In this document: in pieces, positions 37,501 to 48,989 of the stretch
How positions within the stretch are numbered: the stretch's first letter is position 1
Layout of the letters: each line of letters begins with the position of its first letter
DNA from: Eledone cirrhosa
Taxonomy: Eukaryota
Direction of reading: 5' to 3'
DNA length: 64,000 nucleotides
Assembly: GCA_964016885.1 (NCBI GenBank)
Contig: OZ024741.1
Coordinates: 129,580,001-129,644,000 of the forward strand
Translations under genes and position numbers: made by a program
Notes under the pieces: model-generated
What the model saw: only the letters and a program-made list of their open reading frames with translations
Databases searched by the model: none
Told to the model about the DNA's origin: nothing

Positions 37501-37949
37501 TCTACAGGCATGGAGGTGCCGTCAGCCGGGCATGTCCGAGATGCGCGCAGGGCGACGAAACCGTCCTGCACGCACTCGTCCAGTGTCCGAAAATTGCTGA
37601 CTTGTGGGTTTATGTCGAACACCTGCTGTCGCGTTTAGGACGGATCCAGCTATCATCTGAGTCTATCGTGAGGATTGCCCCGCCCTCCTCCTTTAGCCGG
37701 GAAGGGCAGGCAGTTTTTATCTGTCTGGTGGCCATGGCGAAAGAGATAGTATGGTGGACACGTTTGAAAGGGCTGAAGACGAGCACTTACCTCTTCGGTG
37801 ATGCTCTGATTGACTTTTTCAAATTTCATTTGAAAAGGAAAATCAGAGTAGAGAAGGAAGTGCTCTCTTCCCAGCATTTTGTTGAAAGATGGGTGAGAGA
37901 AGCAAGAATGGCCCGAGTGAATGGGCCGACTCTGAGTATATATCTGTAA
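34530..37949 (+). CDS. Tx1-like ORF2: APE endonuclease + reverse transcriptase + C-terminal zinc finger (1139 aa)
   Basis: SINARG, ISETR, VYAP, GDWN, YLDRV, TDH (APE); YWKLN, KSPGLDG, DQSKAFDRV, RQGCPLS, YADD (RT); CPRC..ETVLHALVQC. Confidence 0.95.
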   Translation: MTSLRIGSINARGLGSSWKQGHLLNDLRSLNIDVVAISETRISEARAFAPIFGGYDVYASPSRPGSGGGVAVLFRRGLDLAIRAIFLDPEGKLVVLDVTSGDGQAFRLVAVYAPTGAGRPDFFRRLETFLGTSRSLVLVGDWNGILDARWDCVGLADRGGGCKSLTNLLRRFELSDRYRLDFPNVPMWTWTNRIGSSRSYLDRVFCREIDRSSIGCPQFKIVSYTDHKFVICVLDLDRLHRRGPGYWKLNASLPARKAYRDRISELVKRALTGAIVNNKWWFALKRAIRIESIRFSKALAIEKNRAEGELVRKLDEALSKGIATDVLAAKLALDQFFNAKHEGCVVRARVRALRHEGTKAVQWARVAEARRGNKATIRSLVDHDGRMLLDPGQMCEAFQRHFAQLFGGSGGPGRGMDFSVYLDGLPRLSATEAKCCEKPITAAEVREAMTGCTRGKSPGLDGLPYELYVQMPDLFGGLLADVYCNWQQNGRIPSSVSRGAVALLRKDPNKGDNIDNFRPITLLNTEFKILAKVLAKRLALVVGGLVGEAQTCAIPDRSIHDNLHLMRYIVERVAREPGTGGSLINLDQSKAFDRVDHRYLAAVLRAAGFGPVFRGWIAAMHSDICSVVRVNGHLSEPFNIMRSVRQGCPLSSLLYVLTLEPLLHKLETLRGVPRELGCGRSVSAYADDVTVVVSNAKHIEAIGTTLREYEAVTGAMINQEKSVGLQLGTWRGRSMPSNSVVGRWTDGPVKLLGVWFGPDLQTDKNWDEVTSRVASLTQKWAERKLSLKGRAEVANAYIASVICYRLTVVPCPKPRLTALERLLFRFLWKGRAPMVRRSICCQHPLRGGLGMPWLMMRRHALRLRHLHLFLDGDQVWSPFARRVFPQLVSLTELQSWVKRRPRGSAWRLECLQALTALDQSGNVIGGNSTSAFYRGLVEGKSDDVLGETLGVDENQLANLFGRTFGPGPMDNFQKSLAWQCYRGALPVRDKLYRHGGAVSRACPRCAQGDETVLHALVQCPKIADLWVYVEHLLSRLGRIQLSSESIVRIAPPSSFSREGQAVFICLVAMAKEIVWWTRLKGLKTSTYLFGDALIDFFKFHLKRKIRVEKEVLSSQHFVERWVREARMARVNGPTLSIYL

Positions 37950-38210
37950 ACTAAAGGTGGAAAACTGGGAGAGGGCACTTGCCTTGGTGGTCAGGGTCAT
38001 TGTGGCTTTTTACTGGGCTTTCTCCACAAATGTCCCTCCGAAGTCTCCCCCCTATTGGGGAATTTTTCATTGTTATTTTCATTGTTATTTTTGTTACATC
38101 CTCTATTTTTGTTTTTTTTACACGCAGAAATGCCCATTTGTACCGTCCTGCATTGTCCTGCACTGTCCTTAATGTCTACTTTATGTAAACCCTTGTGGTT
38201 AATAAAGAAA

Positions 38211-38287
<77 letters not shown>

Positions 38288-38288
<1 letters not shown>

Positions 38289-41200
38289 TTTGAGTCTCAG
38301 TCAACTGGAAAGTTTGTTGAAATGAATATCAAGCCACTACCTGCAGCCTCAGATATTCAGGACGTATCGGAGGGTTCTTGCTGTTCCCAGCAAGCATGCC
38401 TTTTGAAGCGTTCCAAAAAGCGTGAAGAGGCCAATTTTCTTTAACCATCCCTGGAAACTTTTTGAGATAGTACCTAGTGCGCCTATGACAATCGGGATCA
38501 CTTTGACTTCATGGCAGTTCCAAACCCTTTTTACCTCCCACTTTAAGTCCTGGTATCGGTTAATTTTCTCCCTCTCCTTCTCTTGCACTCTCGTGTCGAA
38601 TGGGCAGGCCACATCCACAATCAGGCACGATCTTTTTTCTTTGTCCACAACCACCAGGTCAGGTCTATTGTGTTCCAGTTTCTTGTCCGTCTGTATCCTA
38701 AAATCCCACAGCACCTTCACCTGATCGTTTTCTATCACCGACTCTGGCTTATGCTCATACCACTTCTCAGAATGTGGTAAATTGTTTACTTTGCATAGGT
38801 GCCAGTGGATCACCCTGCCCATCACATCATGTCTCCAGCCCTTATAGTGAGTCTGGGCTAGGTGTTTACACTCGGATACAATGTGAGCCACAATCTCCTC
38901 TCTCTCCACAGATCCTGCATAGTGGGCTAGCCTCCTCCTTGTAAATATGGTGTTTCAACCACTTCGTTTTGAGGGCCTGCTCCTGCGCAGCCATTAACAT
39001 TCCTTCTGTAGCCTTTTAAAGGTCTCCTCTTTTCAACCAGTTCCATGTCTGTGGATCTCTAAATTCAGTTTTCTCAAAGAAGGTACTATGAAGGGATTTT
39101 TCCTGAAGGCTGCTCTTTCTCCTTGATGTTATTTCCTCCTTGGACATCCCCTGGTCTATTGTCCCCTCCTTCAGTACAGTTCTGAGCATTGGCTCCTTAC
39201 TATCAGTCACGTATTTGTGTAGGTTGTTTTTCTCCATCTGAACACAGTCCTCTATGCTGATAAGACCTCTTCCACCTTCAGATCTCCTTAAGTAGAGTCT
39301 ATCGACATCACTCCTCTTGTGGAACATGTAGATAGTCAATAGCTTCCTAGTCTTCCTATCCATTTCTTTTTGTTCAGCAACATTCCATCTCAGAATTCCC
39401 GCACTGTACCTAATAATAGACACAACTCGGGAATTTACTGCACTTATGGCATTCCTACTGTTCAGATGTGACTTTAATACGCTCCTTACTCTCCGAATGT
39501 ATTCAGTTCTTATCAATTCCTTCATTTTTTTGTTCTTGATGTCATCAGCCTCCAGAACACCCAAATACTTGTATCCTTCTTCAGAGTCAATTTCCTTTAT
39601 CATCTCACCTGTTGGTAACTGGATCCCGTTACTTCTGCTCAATTTACCCCTCTACATCGCAAGGACTCTACACTTACTAATACCAAATTGCATACATATA
39701 TCATTGCTGAAAATACGGACAGTGTCAATAAGCACATCCAACTCCTTCTCACTCTTCCCGAAGAGCTTAAGATCGTCCATGAAGAGGAGGTGATTGATGG
39801 CAAGCCCTCCCTTTCCCAACCTGTATCCTGCTCTCACTTTTCGCAGTACACTGGTCAGGGGCATCAGGGCAAGGACAAACAACAGAGGGGACAGACTATC
39901 TCCCTGGAAGATACCTCTCTTGATCTTCACGCTTCCCAAGGATTCTCCAGTTGATGTTAACTCTGTTTCCCAGGACTTCATACTTTTGCCCAACAACTGT
40001 CTGATGTTATCTGCCACCTTGAATATCTCCAGGCTTTTGGTGATCCAAGAATGAGGCACCATGTCAAATACCTTTTTGTAGTCTATCCATCCCATGGCAA
40101 GACCAGTGTGTCTCCTCTTGCAATTCTTCATTACCATCTTATCAATAAGTAACTGGTCCTTTGTACCGCGTGACTTCTTTCGGCATCCTTTCTGTTCGTC
40201 CGGTAACAAGTTGTTTGTGTGGAGGTGATGGTAGATTTCCTCAGACATAATGCTTGTCAACAGTTTCCACATTACGGACAGACATGTGATAGGTCTATAG
40301 TTGGTAACATAATTACCCTTGATTCGGTCTTTCATTATCAGAACTGTGGTACTTTTTGTCAACCACTCTGGTACCTCACCTGACATCAAGCAGTCATTGA
40401 ACATGGTTGTCAGTTTCGGGTGGAGGGATGTTATATTTTTAATCCAATACCCCTGCACACCATCTGGGCCTGGTGATTTCCAGTTGGTTAGTTTTTTGGC
40501 CTGCCCCTTAAGAGTTTCAACTGTGATACTCAAATCAGTTTGTTGGTGTGCCTGTTCACTAATCTCCTTCTGTACTGTCTCAATCGACACTGCCTGGTCA
40601 TTATGTTTAACATCCTGCTCCCATATTCCTCTCCAGAATGTTTTAGTTTGTTCCGCCTCAGGGATCAAGTCGTTGCCTCTTTCTTTCCCTTCAAGCTGTC
40701 CAAACAGCATCTTCTGGTTGTTGTCGAACATGCGGTTCTGTCTATACTGACTGACTCGGTTCTCGTATCACCTGATTTTTGCACTCTTTACTACAATGCG
40801 TTGCTTCAGTTCCTCTATGATAATATTTAGCTTTTTCCTCCTAGTCTTGTACTTTATTTCCAGTCTATTTTTAGTGCCTATGTTTTTTAGTGTCCCATTC
40901 AGTAGGGACTCAAGCTTTCCAATGTCATTTCTCATTTCCCTGATTTGACCACTCAGTCGTTTCTTCCACGAAGGCTCTGATCTTTCTTGTCTGTTGTTTC
41001 CTCTCGCTTTTATACCAAGTAGTTTCCTCACCGTATTTGCTGTTGCTTTGAGGATATTGTTGCACCGGTGAAGGCTCCTCGCCTCAAGGTATGGGATGAC
41101 TTTGTTTACCTTAGCTGTTGTTTCTTTTAACTTTTTCCTGTCTACAAATCTTAGGTTTATAGGTTTCCCACTATCATTGTTCAATTCATCTACCACTAAA

Positions 41201-43201
41201 TTTAGGATGTCAACCGAATCTTGTCCTAGCCCGTCAGCATTCATCTCCTCAGTGGCCGTATCTCTGTTCCAGGTATTATTTATCTCAGCATTCAGATCAT
41301 TGTCTGCTTCGGGTGGTTCCTCCGTTCTCTCGACCTCTTCACCTTCATTTCCCACTGGCTCGTTTGCCTGGCATACTCCACTCTCCATCTGCAAGCTAAT
41401 CTCTCTGCTCAGTTCCTCCAGTTCCAGTTCTTATTACCCGAGCCTGTCCGGCCAATTTTTGTTCATCTAATTTAAATAGACCAATCTCGTTCCAGATGTT
41501 ATGCATCCGTTTCCTATAGCCTTTCTCCTTGGGGTTACTTTTCAGGTAACATTGCATAACAGTTCTATTCAATTCTTTCGTCCAGTTGGTTCTGGGCCCT
41601 TTCCTTCTTCTTCTTCCTCCGACACCAGCAGTATTTGGTTGACAGCCAGGTCCCTGCTGCTGAGCCAGGGAGCACCTGTTGGACGAGAGTCTGTCACATG
41701 ACATTCTAGTCTCCATTTCACCGTTACGTGAACTGTTTAGGTTCGACATTTAAACACTCTTATCGAGGATTGGCGAATGTATGGTTACATAACCACCGGT
41801 GATTTCATCACCTCCGGTGATTTCGTCACCTCCGGTGATTTTTGTGTGGCATTATCACGCTGTAGCCGAACATAAATAAACAAACAAACAAACAGGCAAA
41901 AAACCCCTCAAAAATGAATAAGCATAAGTTTCATTGTAATGTAATGTTTGAATGTCTGACTTAGTTTTTCCCTTCCCTTCTCTGTCTGTCTGTTTGTTTT
42001 TCTCTTCATTTTTCTTTTCTTTACGTTTTTCGTTGTTGCTGTGCTGCTTTGATTTTGATTTTTGGTTTTTTGATTTTGACCGGGTCATCAATTCAGTCTA
42101 TTTATATATTTTGATGCCTTCCTCTTTTATTGGGGACACTACGATGTAGCAGGGGGTAGCGGGAGAGAATAGCGGCGGTAGTGATAATGAGGTAGTGGTG
42201 GTGGTGGTGGTGGCGGTGCTGTGCTAGCAGCACCTAGCAGGAGGTAGTGGGAGAGAATAGCGGCGGTAGCGATAATGAGGCAGTGGTGGTGGTGATATGA
42301 TCGTAGTACTGTAGTGATGGTGTTGAAGTTGGAGTAGAAATAGCGGTTGAGGCGACTTGACCAGAGTTTTCATCGTGGTAGTGGTGGTGGTGTTGGTGGT
42401 GAAATTATCTTTAGCTATTTAGCTATTTAATCATTTTGCCATTTTTCTCCTTTTCGACTCTAACATTCCTGATCCAAAATTAAATATTAATCTTGTTTAT
42501 TAATATTGTCTAGTGATACCGCCACCTTCCCCTTTCGTAAGTTAACAGAAGGTAATGAGCGAATAACGGTGGTAGCAACGAAGGAGTGGTAGCGGCGGTG
42601 ATGGGATAGTGGTAGTAATGATTGATGGGTGGTGGCGGCGGTGACTGTAGTGATGGCGTTGTCGTTACTGAGTTTTGTTGAATAGACTGTATTTTTGTTT
42701 GATCGGTGAATCTATGGGGTTAGTCGCGTATATGTGTTGACATATTCTTAATATTGGAATTAAACATTTTGTGAAGACTTGAGACAATAATAATAGTAAT
42801 TATAATTATTATGCTGGGATTGATGGTGGTGGTGGTGAAATTGCCGTTATCTGGCTGTTGTATTTAGTGTACACAGAGGAGTGATGGGGTAGGTGGTGTA
42901 TCTAGTTTGTGGTGTTGGTGAAATTGCTGTTATTTGGCTGTTCTATATAGTGTAGACAGAGGGGGTTTTCTTCCATTTATAACCATTTTCTTTTTTGAAT
43001 GTAAAATGTATATTACAAAATTGAATATTTGAGCGATATAACAATATATTATGGATCCGAATCTTCCTGAGGCTTGAGTCTGGTGCTTTATGCATCATTT
43101 GTACTAAGAATTGTTATTTCACAATTGATTTAAATATGTTAAAAATCAAAAACTTACGGGAGCGATTTCATGACCTTCTTTCCACCATGTGCGTCTTCTT
43201 C
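38288..43201 (-). mobile_element. R4/Dong-like RLE non-LTR retrotransposon, copy B1, full length but degenerate
   Basis: ORF broken into pieces (41749-41396, 41394-40768, 40731-39652, 39642-39016, 38909-38349) collinear with intact B2; ~1.4 kb 5' UTR; both ends abut (ATT)n. Confidence 0.88.
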
Positions 43202-43202
43202 A

Positions 43203-43236
<34 letters not shown>

Positions 43237-43248
43237 GTTATTGTTATT

Positions 43249-46200
43249 CCTTGAATCTCAGTCATTGATGTTGGTTAACTGGAAAGTCCGTTGGATTGAA
43301 TATCAAGCCACTACCTGCAGCCTCAGATATTCAGGACGTATCGGATGGTTCTTGCCGTTCCAAGCAAGCATGCCTTTTGAAGCGTTCCAAAAAGCGTGAA
43401 GGGGCCGATTTTCTTTAACCATCCCTGGAAACCTTTGGAGATAGTCCCCAGTGCGCCTATGACAATCGGGATCACTTTGACTTCATGGCAGTTCCAAATC
43501 CTTTTCACCTCCCACTTTAGGTCCTGGTATCGGTTAATTTTCTCCCTCTCCTTCTCTTGCACTCTCGTGTCGAACGGGCAGGCCACATCCACAATCAGGC
43601 ACGATCTTTTTTCTTTGTCCACAACCACCAGGTCAGGTCTATTGTGTTCCAGTTTTTTGTCCGTCTGTATCCTAAAATCCCACAGCACCTTCACCTGACT
43701 GTTCTCCATCACCGCCTCTGGCCTATGCTCATACCATTTCTCAGAATGTGGTAGATTGTTTACTTTGCACAGGTGCCAGTGGATCACCCTGCCCATCACA
43801 TCGTGTCTCCAGCCCTTATAGTGGGTCTGGGCTAGGTGTTTACACTCGGACACAATGTGAGCCACAGTCTCCTCTCTCTCTCCACAGATCCTGCACAGTG
43901 GGCTAGCCTCCTCCTTGTAGATATGGTGCTTCAACCACTTCGTTTTGAGGGCCTGCTCCTGCGCAGCCATTAACATTCCTTCTGTAGCCTTTTTGAGGTC
44001 TCCTCTTCTCAACCAGTTCCATGTCTGTGGATCTCTAAATTCAGTTTTCTCAAAGAAGGTACTATGAAGGGATTTTCCCTTAAGGCTGCTCTTCCTCCTT
44101 GATGTTATTTCCTCCTTGGGTACCCCCTGGCCTACTGTCCCCTCCTTCAGTACAGCTCTGAGCATTGGCTCCTTACTATAGGTCACGTATTTGTATAGGT
44201 TGTTTTTCTCCATCTGAACACAGTCCTCTATGCTGATAAGACCTCTTCCACCCTCAGATCTCCTTAGGTAGAGTCTATCGACATCACTCCTCTTGTGGAA
44301 CATGTTGTAGATAGTCAATAGCTTCCTAGTCTTCCTATCCATTTCTTTTTGTTCAGCAACATTCCATCTCAGAATTCCCGCACTGTACCTAATAATAGAC
44401 ACAGCTCGGGAATTTACTGCGCTTATGGCATTTCTGCTGTTCAGATGTGACTTCAATACGCTCCTTACTCTCCGAATGTATTCAGTTCTTAACAATTCCT
44501 TCATTATTTTGTTCTTTATGCCATCAGCCTCCAGAACGCCCAAATACTTGTATCCTTCCTCAGAGTCAATTTCCTTTATCATCTCACCTGTTGGTATCTG
44601 GATCCCGTTACTTCTGCTCAACCTACCCCTCCTCATCACAATGACTCCACATTTACCAATACCAAACTGCATACATATATCACTGCTGAAAATACGGACA
44701 GTGTCAACAAGCACATCCAACTCCTTCTCACTTTTCCCGAAGAGCTTAAGATCGTCCATGAAGAGGAGGTGGTTGATGGTAAGCTCTCCCCTTCCCAACT
44801 TGTATCCTGCTCTCACTTTTCGCAGCATAATGGTCAAGGGCATCAGGGCAAGGACAAACAACAGAGGGGACAGGCTATCTCCCTGGAAGATACCTCTCTT
44901 GATCTTCACGCTTCCCAAGGATACTCCAGTTGATGTCAACTCTGTCTCCCAGGACCCCATACTCCTGCCCAGCAACTGTCTGATGTTATCTGCCACCCTG
45001 AAGATCTCCAGGCTTTTGGTGATCCAGGAATGAGGCACCATGTCAAATGCCTTTCTGTAGTCTATCCATCCCATGGCAAGATCAGTGTGTCTCCTCCTGC
45101 AATTCCCCATTACCATCTTATCAATAAGCAACTGGTCCTTTGTACCACGTGACTTCTTTCGGCATCCTTTCTGTTCGTCCGGCAACAAGTTGTTTGTGTG
45201 GAGGTGATGGTAGATTTCCTCAGACACAATGCTCGTCAACAGTTTCCACATTACGGGCAGACATGTGATAGGTCTATAGTTGGTAACATCATTACCCTTG
45301 ATTCGGTCTTTCATTATCAGAACTGTGGTACCTTTTGTCAACCACTCTGGCACCTCACCCGACACCAAGCAGTCATTGAACATGGCCGTCAGCTTCGGGT
45401 GGAGGGATGTTAAATGTTTAATCCAATACCCCTGCACACCATCTGGGCCTGGTGATTTCCAGTTGGTTAGTTTTTTGGCTTGCCCCTTAAGAGTTTCAAC
45501 TGTGATACTCAAATTAGTCTGTTGCTGTGCCTGCTCACCGATCTCCCTCTGTACTGTCTCAATCCACCCTGCCTGGGCATTGTGTCTAACATCCTGCTCC
45601 CATATTCCTCTCCAGAATGTTTTAGCTTGTTCCGCCCCAGGGATCAAGTCGTTGCCTCTTTCTTTCCCCTCAAGCTGTCCAAACAGCATCTTCTGGTTGT
45701 TGTCGAACATGCGGTTCTGTTTATACTGACTGACCCTGTTCTCGTATCGCCTGATTTTGGCACTCTTTGCTACAATGCGTTGCTTCAATTCCTCTATGAT
45801 AATATTTAGCTTTTTACTCCTAGTTTTGTATTTTATTTCCAGTCTATTTTTAGTGCCTATGTTTTTTAGTGTCCCATTCAGTAGTGACTCAAGCTTTCCT
45901 ATGTCATTTCTCATTTCCCCGATTTGCCCACTCAGTCGCTTCTTCCACCACGGCTCTGCTCTTTCTTGTCTGTTGTTTCCTCTCGCTTTTATACCAAGTA
46001 GTTTCCTCACCGTATTTGCTGTTGCTTTGAGGATATTGTTGCACTGGTGAAGACTCCTCGCCTCAAGGTATGGGATGACTTTGTTTACCTTAGCTGTTGT
46101 TTCTTTTAACTTTTTCCTGTCTACAAATCTTAGGTTCATAGGTCTCCCACTATCATTGTTCAATTCATCTACCACTAAATTTAGGATGTCAACCGAATCT

Positions 46201-48091
46201 TGTCCTAGCCCGTCAGCATTCATCTCCTCAGTGGCTGTATCTCTGTTCCAGGTATTATTTATCTCAGTATTCAGATCATTGTCTGCTTCGGGTGGTTCCT
46301 CCGTTCTCAGGACCTCCTCACCTTCATTTCCCGCCGGCTCGCTTGTCTGGCATACTACACCCGCCATCTCCAAGCCATTCTCTCTGCTCAGTTCCTCCAG
46401 TTCCAGCTCGCTTATCCACCCATTAGTTCTTATTACCCGAGCCTGCCCGGCCAATTTTTGTTCATCTAATTTAAATAAACCAATCTCGTTCCAGATGTTA
46501 TGCATCCGTCTCCTGTAGCCCCTCTCCTTGGGGTTACTTTTCAGGTAGCATTGCATAACAGTTCTATTCAATTCTTTCGTCCAGTTGGTTCTGGCCCCTT
46601 TCCTTCTTCTTCTTCCTCCAACATCAGCAGTATTTGGTTGACAGTCAGGTTCCTGCTGCTGAGCCAGGGGGCACCTGTTGGGTGAGAGTCTGTCACATGA
46701 CGTTCTAGTCTCCATTTCACCGTTATTCGAACTGTTTATGTTCGATATTTAAACACTCTTATCGAGGATTGGCGAATGTATGTTTACATAGCCATCTGTG
46801 GATCCGCCATCCCACTTGGCCCTTGTGTGGCATTATCACCACGCTGTATACGGACACACATAAACAAACAAACACACGGGCAGAAAGGGCCCCAAAAATG
46901 AATAAGCATAAGTTTCATTGTAATGTAGTATTCGAATGTCTGACTTAGTTTTTGTTTTTTAAGTTTTACTTTTTCCCCCCTCTTCTCTGTCCGTCCGCCT
47001 GCTTCTCTCTTCATTCTTATTTTCTTTACGTTTTTGGGGTTTCTTTTTTTGTTTTTGTTTTTCTCTGTTTTTCTCGTTTTTTACTGTTGTTGCTGTGCTG
47101 CTTTTGTTGTTTGTTTTTTCTTTTTTCTTTTGAGTCTATCTATATATTTTGATGCCTTCCTCTTTGTTAGTAGTAGGAATTCTATAATGTGGAAGTGGTA
47201 GCCAGCAGAGACTGGCGGCGTTGGCGATACTGAGACAGTGGTGGTGGTGATGTCGATACCGAGGCAGTGGTGGCGGTGATGCGACCGTATTACTGTAGTG
47301 ATGGTGCTGTAGCGGTGGCAGCAGCAGTGAAGGAGTCAGGGGGTGGTGGCGGCGGTGATGGGATAGTGGTGGTAATGATGGCCGTAGTGAGCGGTGGCGG
47401 TGAAGGTGAAAATGCTGTTGTGTTTAGTGTACACAGATGATGGGGTGGGTGGTGTATCTAGTTTCTGGTGTTGGTGAGTTTCGCTGTCCTATATAGTGTA
47501 GCCAGAGGAGAGGAGGGGGGGGGGTTCTTCTTCTTCCATTTATAGCCATTTTATTTTTTTTTTGGATATACAGTGTACAATACAAAGTTGAATATTTGAA
47601 TATTTGAGCCGTATTACTGTAGTGATGGTGCTGTAGCGGTGGCAGCAGCAGTGAAGGAGTCAAGGGGTGGTGGCGGCGGTGATGGGATAGTGGTGGTAAT
47701 GATGGCCGTAGTGAGCGGTGGCGGTGAAGGTGAAAATGCTGTTGTGTTTAGTGTACACAGATGATGGGGTGGGTGGTGTATCTAGTTTCTGGTGTTGGTA
47801 AGTTTAGCTGTCCTATATAGTGTAGCCAGAGGAGAGGAGGGGGGGGGTTCTTCTTCTTCCATTTATAGCCATTTTTTTGGGGATATACAGTGTACAATAC
47901 AAAGTTGAATATTTGAATATTTGAGCCTTATAACAATATATTTTGGGTCCGAATTTTTTTGGGGCTCAAGCCGGGTGCTTTACGTAGCATTTGTACTAAG
48001 AGTTGTTATTTCACAAATGATTTAAATATGTTAAAAATTCAAAACTTACGGGAGCGATTTCATGACCTCCGTCACCTCGTGCGTCTTCTTC
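43249..48091 (-). mobile_element. R4/Dong-like RLE non-LTR retrotransposon, copy B2, full length, intact ORF
   Basis: Single long ORF; same 5' terminus (GAAGAAGACGCAC) as B1; flanked by (ATT)n on both sides. Confidence 0.9.
43323..46715 (-). CDS. R4/Dong-like ORF: reverse transcriptase + CCHC finger + restriction-like endonuclease (1130 aa)
   Basis: NWKSPGPDG, YRPITCL, WIDYRKAFDMVPH, GIFQGDSLSPL, LFMDDLKL; CRICGEREETVAHIVSEC; RHD; RPDLVVVD...IVDVACP; EKINRY. Confidence 0.93.
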   Translation of the reverse strand: METRTSCDRLSPNRCPLAQQQEPDCQPNTADVGGRRRRKGARTNWTKELNRTVMQCYLKSNPKERGYRRRMHNIWNEIGLFKLDEQKLAGQARVIRTNGWISELELEELSRENGLEMAGVVCQTSEPAGNEGEEVLRTEEPPEADNDLNTEINNTWNRDTATEEMNADGLGQDSVDILNLVVDELNNDSGRPMNLRFVDRKKLKETTAKVNKVIPYLEARSLHQCNNILKATANTVRKLLGIKARGNNRQERAEPWWKKRLSGQIGEMRNDIGKLESLLNGTLKNIGTKNRLEIKYKTRSKKLNIIIEELKQRIVAKSAKIRRYENRVSQYKQNRMFDNNQKMLFGQLEGKERGNDLIPGAEQAKTFWRGIWEQDVRHNAQAGWIETVQREIGEQAQQQTNLSITVETLKGQAKKLTNWKSPGPDGVQGYWIKHLTSLHPKLTAMFNDCLVSGEVPEWLTKGTTVLIMKDRIKGNDVTNYRPITCLPVMWKLLTSIVSEEIYHHLHTNNLLPDEQKGCRKKSRGTKDQLLIDKMVMGNCRRRHTDLAMGWIDYRKAFDMVPHSWITKSLEIFRVADNIRQLLGRSMGSWETELTSTGVSLGSVKIKRGIFQGDSLSPLLFVLALMPLTIMLRKVRAGYKLGRGELTINHLLFMDDLKLFGKSEKELDVLVDTVRIFSSDICMQFGIGKCGVIVMRRGRLSRSNGIQIPTGEMIKEIDSEEGYKYLGVLEADGIKNKIMKELLRTEYIRRVRSVLKSHLNSRNAISAVNSRAVSIIRYSAGILRWNVAEQKEMDRKTRKLLTIYNMFHKRSDVDRLYLRRSEGGRGLISIEDCVQMEKNNLYKYVTYSKEPMLRAVLKEGTVGQGVPKEEITSRRKSSLKGKSLHSTFFEKTEFRDPQTWNWLRRGDLKKATEGMLMAAQEQALKTKWLKHHIYKEEASPLCRICGEREETVAHIVSECKHLAQTHYKGWRHDVMGRVIHWHLCKVNNLPHSEKWYEHRPEAVMENSQVKVLWDFRIQTDKKLEHNRPDLVVVDKEKRSCLIVDVACPFDTRVQEKEREKINRYQDLKWEVKRIWNCHEVKVIPIVIGALGTISKGFQGWLKKIGPFTLFGTLQKACLLGTARTIRYVLNI

Positions 48092-48185
<94 letters not shown>

Positions 48186-48192
48186 GTTATTA

Positions 48193-48955
48193 CTCCTTGA
48201 GTCTCAGTCATTGATGTTAGTTAACTGGAAAGTTTGTTGGAATGAATATCAAGCCACTACCTGCAGCCTCAGATATTCAGGACGTATCGGAGGGTTCTTG
48301 CTGTTCCCAGCAAGCATGCCTTTTGAAGCGTTCCAAAAAGCGTGAAGAGGCCAATTTTCTTTAACCATCCCTGGAAACCTTTGGAGATAGTCCCCAGTGC
48401 GCCTATGACAATCGGGATCACTTTGACTTCATGGCAGTTCCAAATCCTTTTTACCTCCCACTTTAAGTCCTGGTATCGGTTAATTTTCTCCCTCTCCATC
48501 TCTTGCACTCTCGTGTCGAATGGGCAGGCCACATCCACAATCAGGCACGATCTTTTTTCTTTGTCTACAACCACCAGGTCAGGTCTATTGTGTTCCAGTT
48601 TCTTGTCCGTCTGTATCCTAAAATCCCACAGCACCTTCACCTGATCGTTCTCCATCACCGCCTCTGGCTTATGCTCATACCATTTCTCAGAATGTGGTAA
48701 ATTGTTTACTTTGCACAGGTACCAGTGGATCACCCTGCCCATCACATCATGTCTCCAGCCCTTATAGTGGGTCTGGGCTAGGTGTTTACACTCGGATACA
48801 ATGTGAGCCACAATCTCCTCTCTCTCTCCACATATCCTGCACAGTGGGCTAGCCTCCTCCTTGTAAATATGGTGTTTCAACCACTTCGTTTTGAGGACCT
48901 GCTCCTGCGCAGCCATTAACAATCCTTCTGTAGCCTTTTTAAGGTCTCCTCTTTT
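48193..48955 (-). mobile_element. R4/Dong-like copy B3, 5'-truncated (~760 bp)
   Basis: Matches the 3' end of B2 from GDLKKATEG onward; bounded by (ATT)n. Confidence 0.9.
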
Positions 48956-48989
48956 TATTATTATTATTATTATTATTATTGTTGTTATT

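Larger units (their letters stand above)
32182..38212 (+). mobile_element. Tx1/L1-clade non-LTR retrotransposon, copy A1, full length and intact
   Basis: 5' end GAATGCCATGG follows (ATT)n; two open ORFs; 3' end AATAAAGAAATC runs into (ATT)n; near-identical second copy at 51295-57397. Confidence 0.92.

Noticed and set aside
33537-37622. Antisense and overlapping ORFs inside the retrotransposons (also 44425-46685 and 52745-57205)
   Set aside because: Shadow frames of long GC-richer ORFs; recurrence simply reflects element copies
47900-48091. HDV-like ribozyme at the 5' end of the R4/Dong-like elements
   Set aside because: I could not build the nested double pseudoknot by eye; a descriptor search is needed
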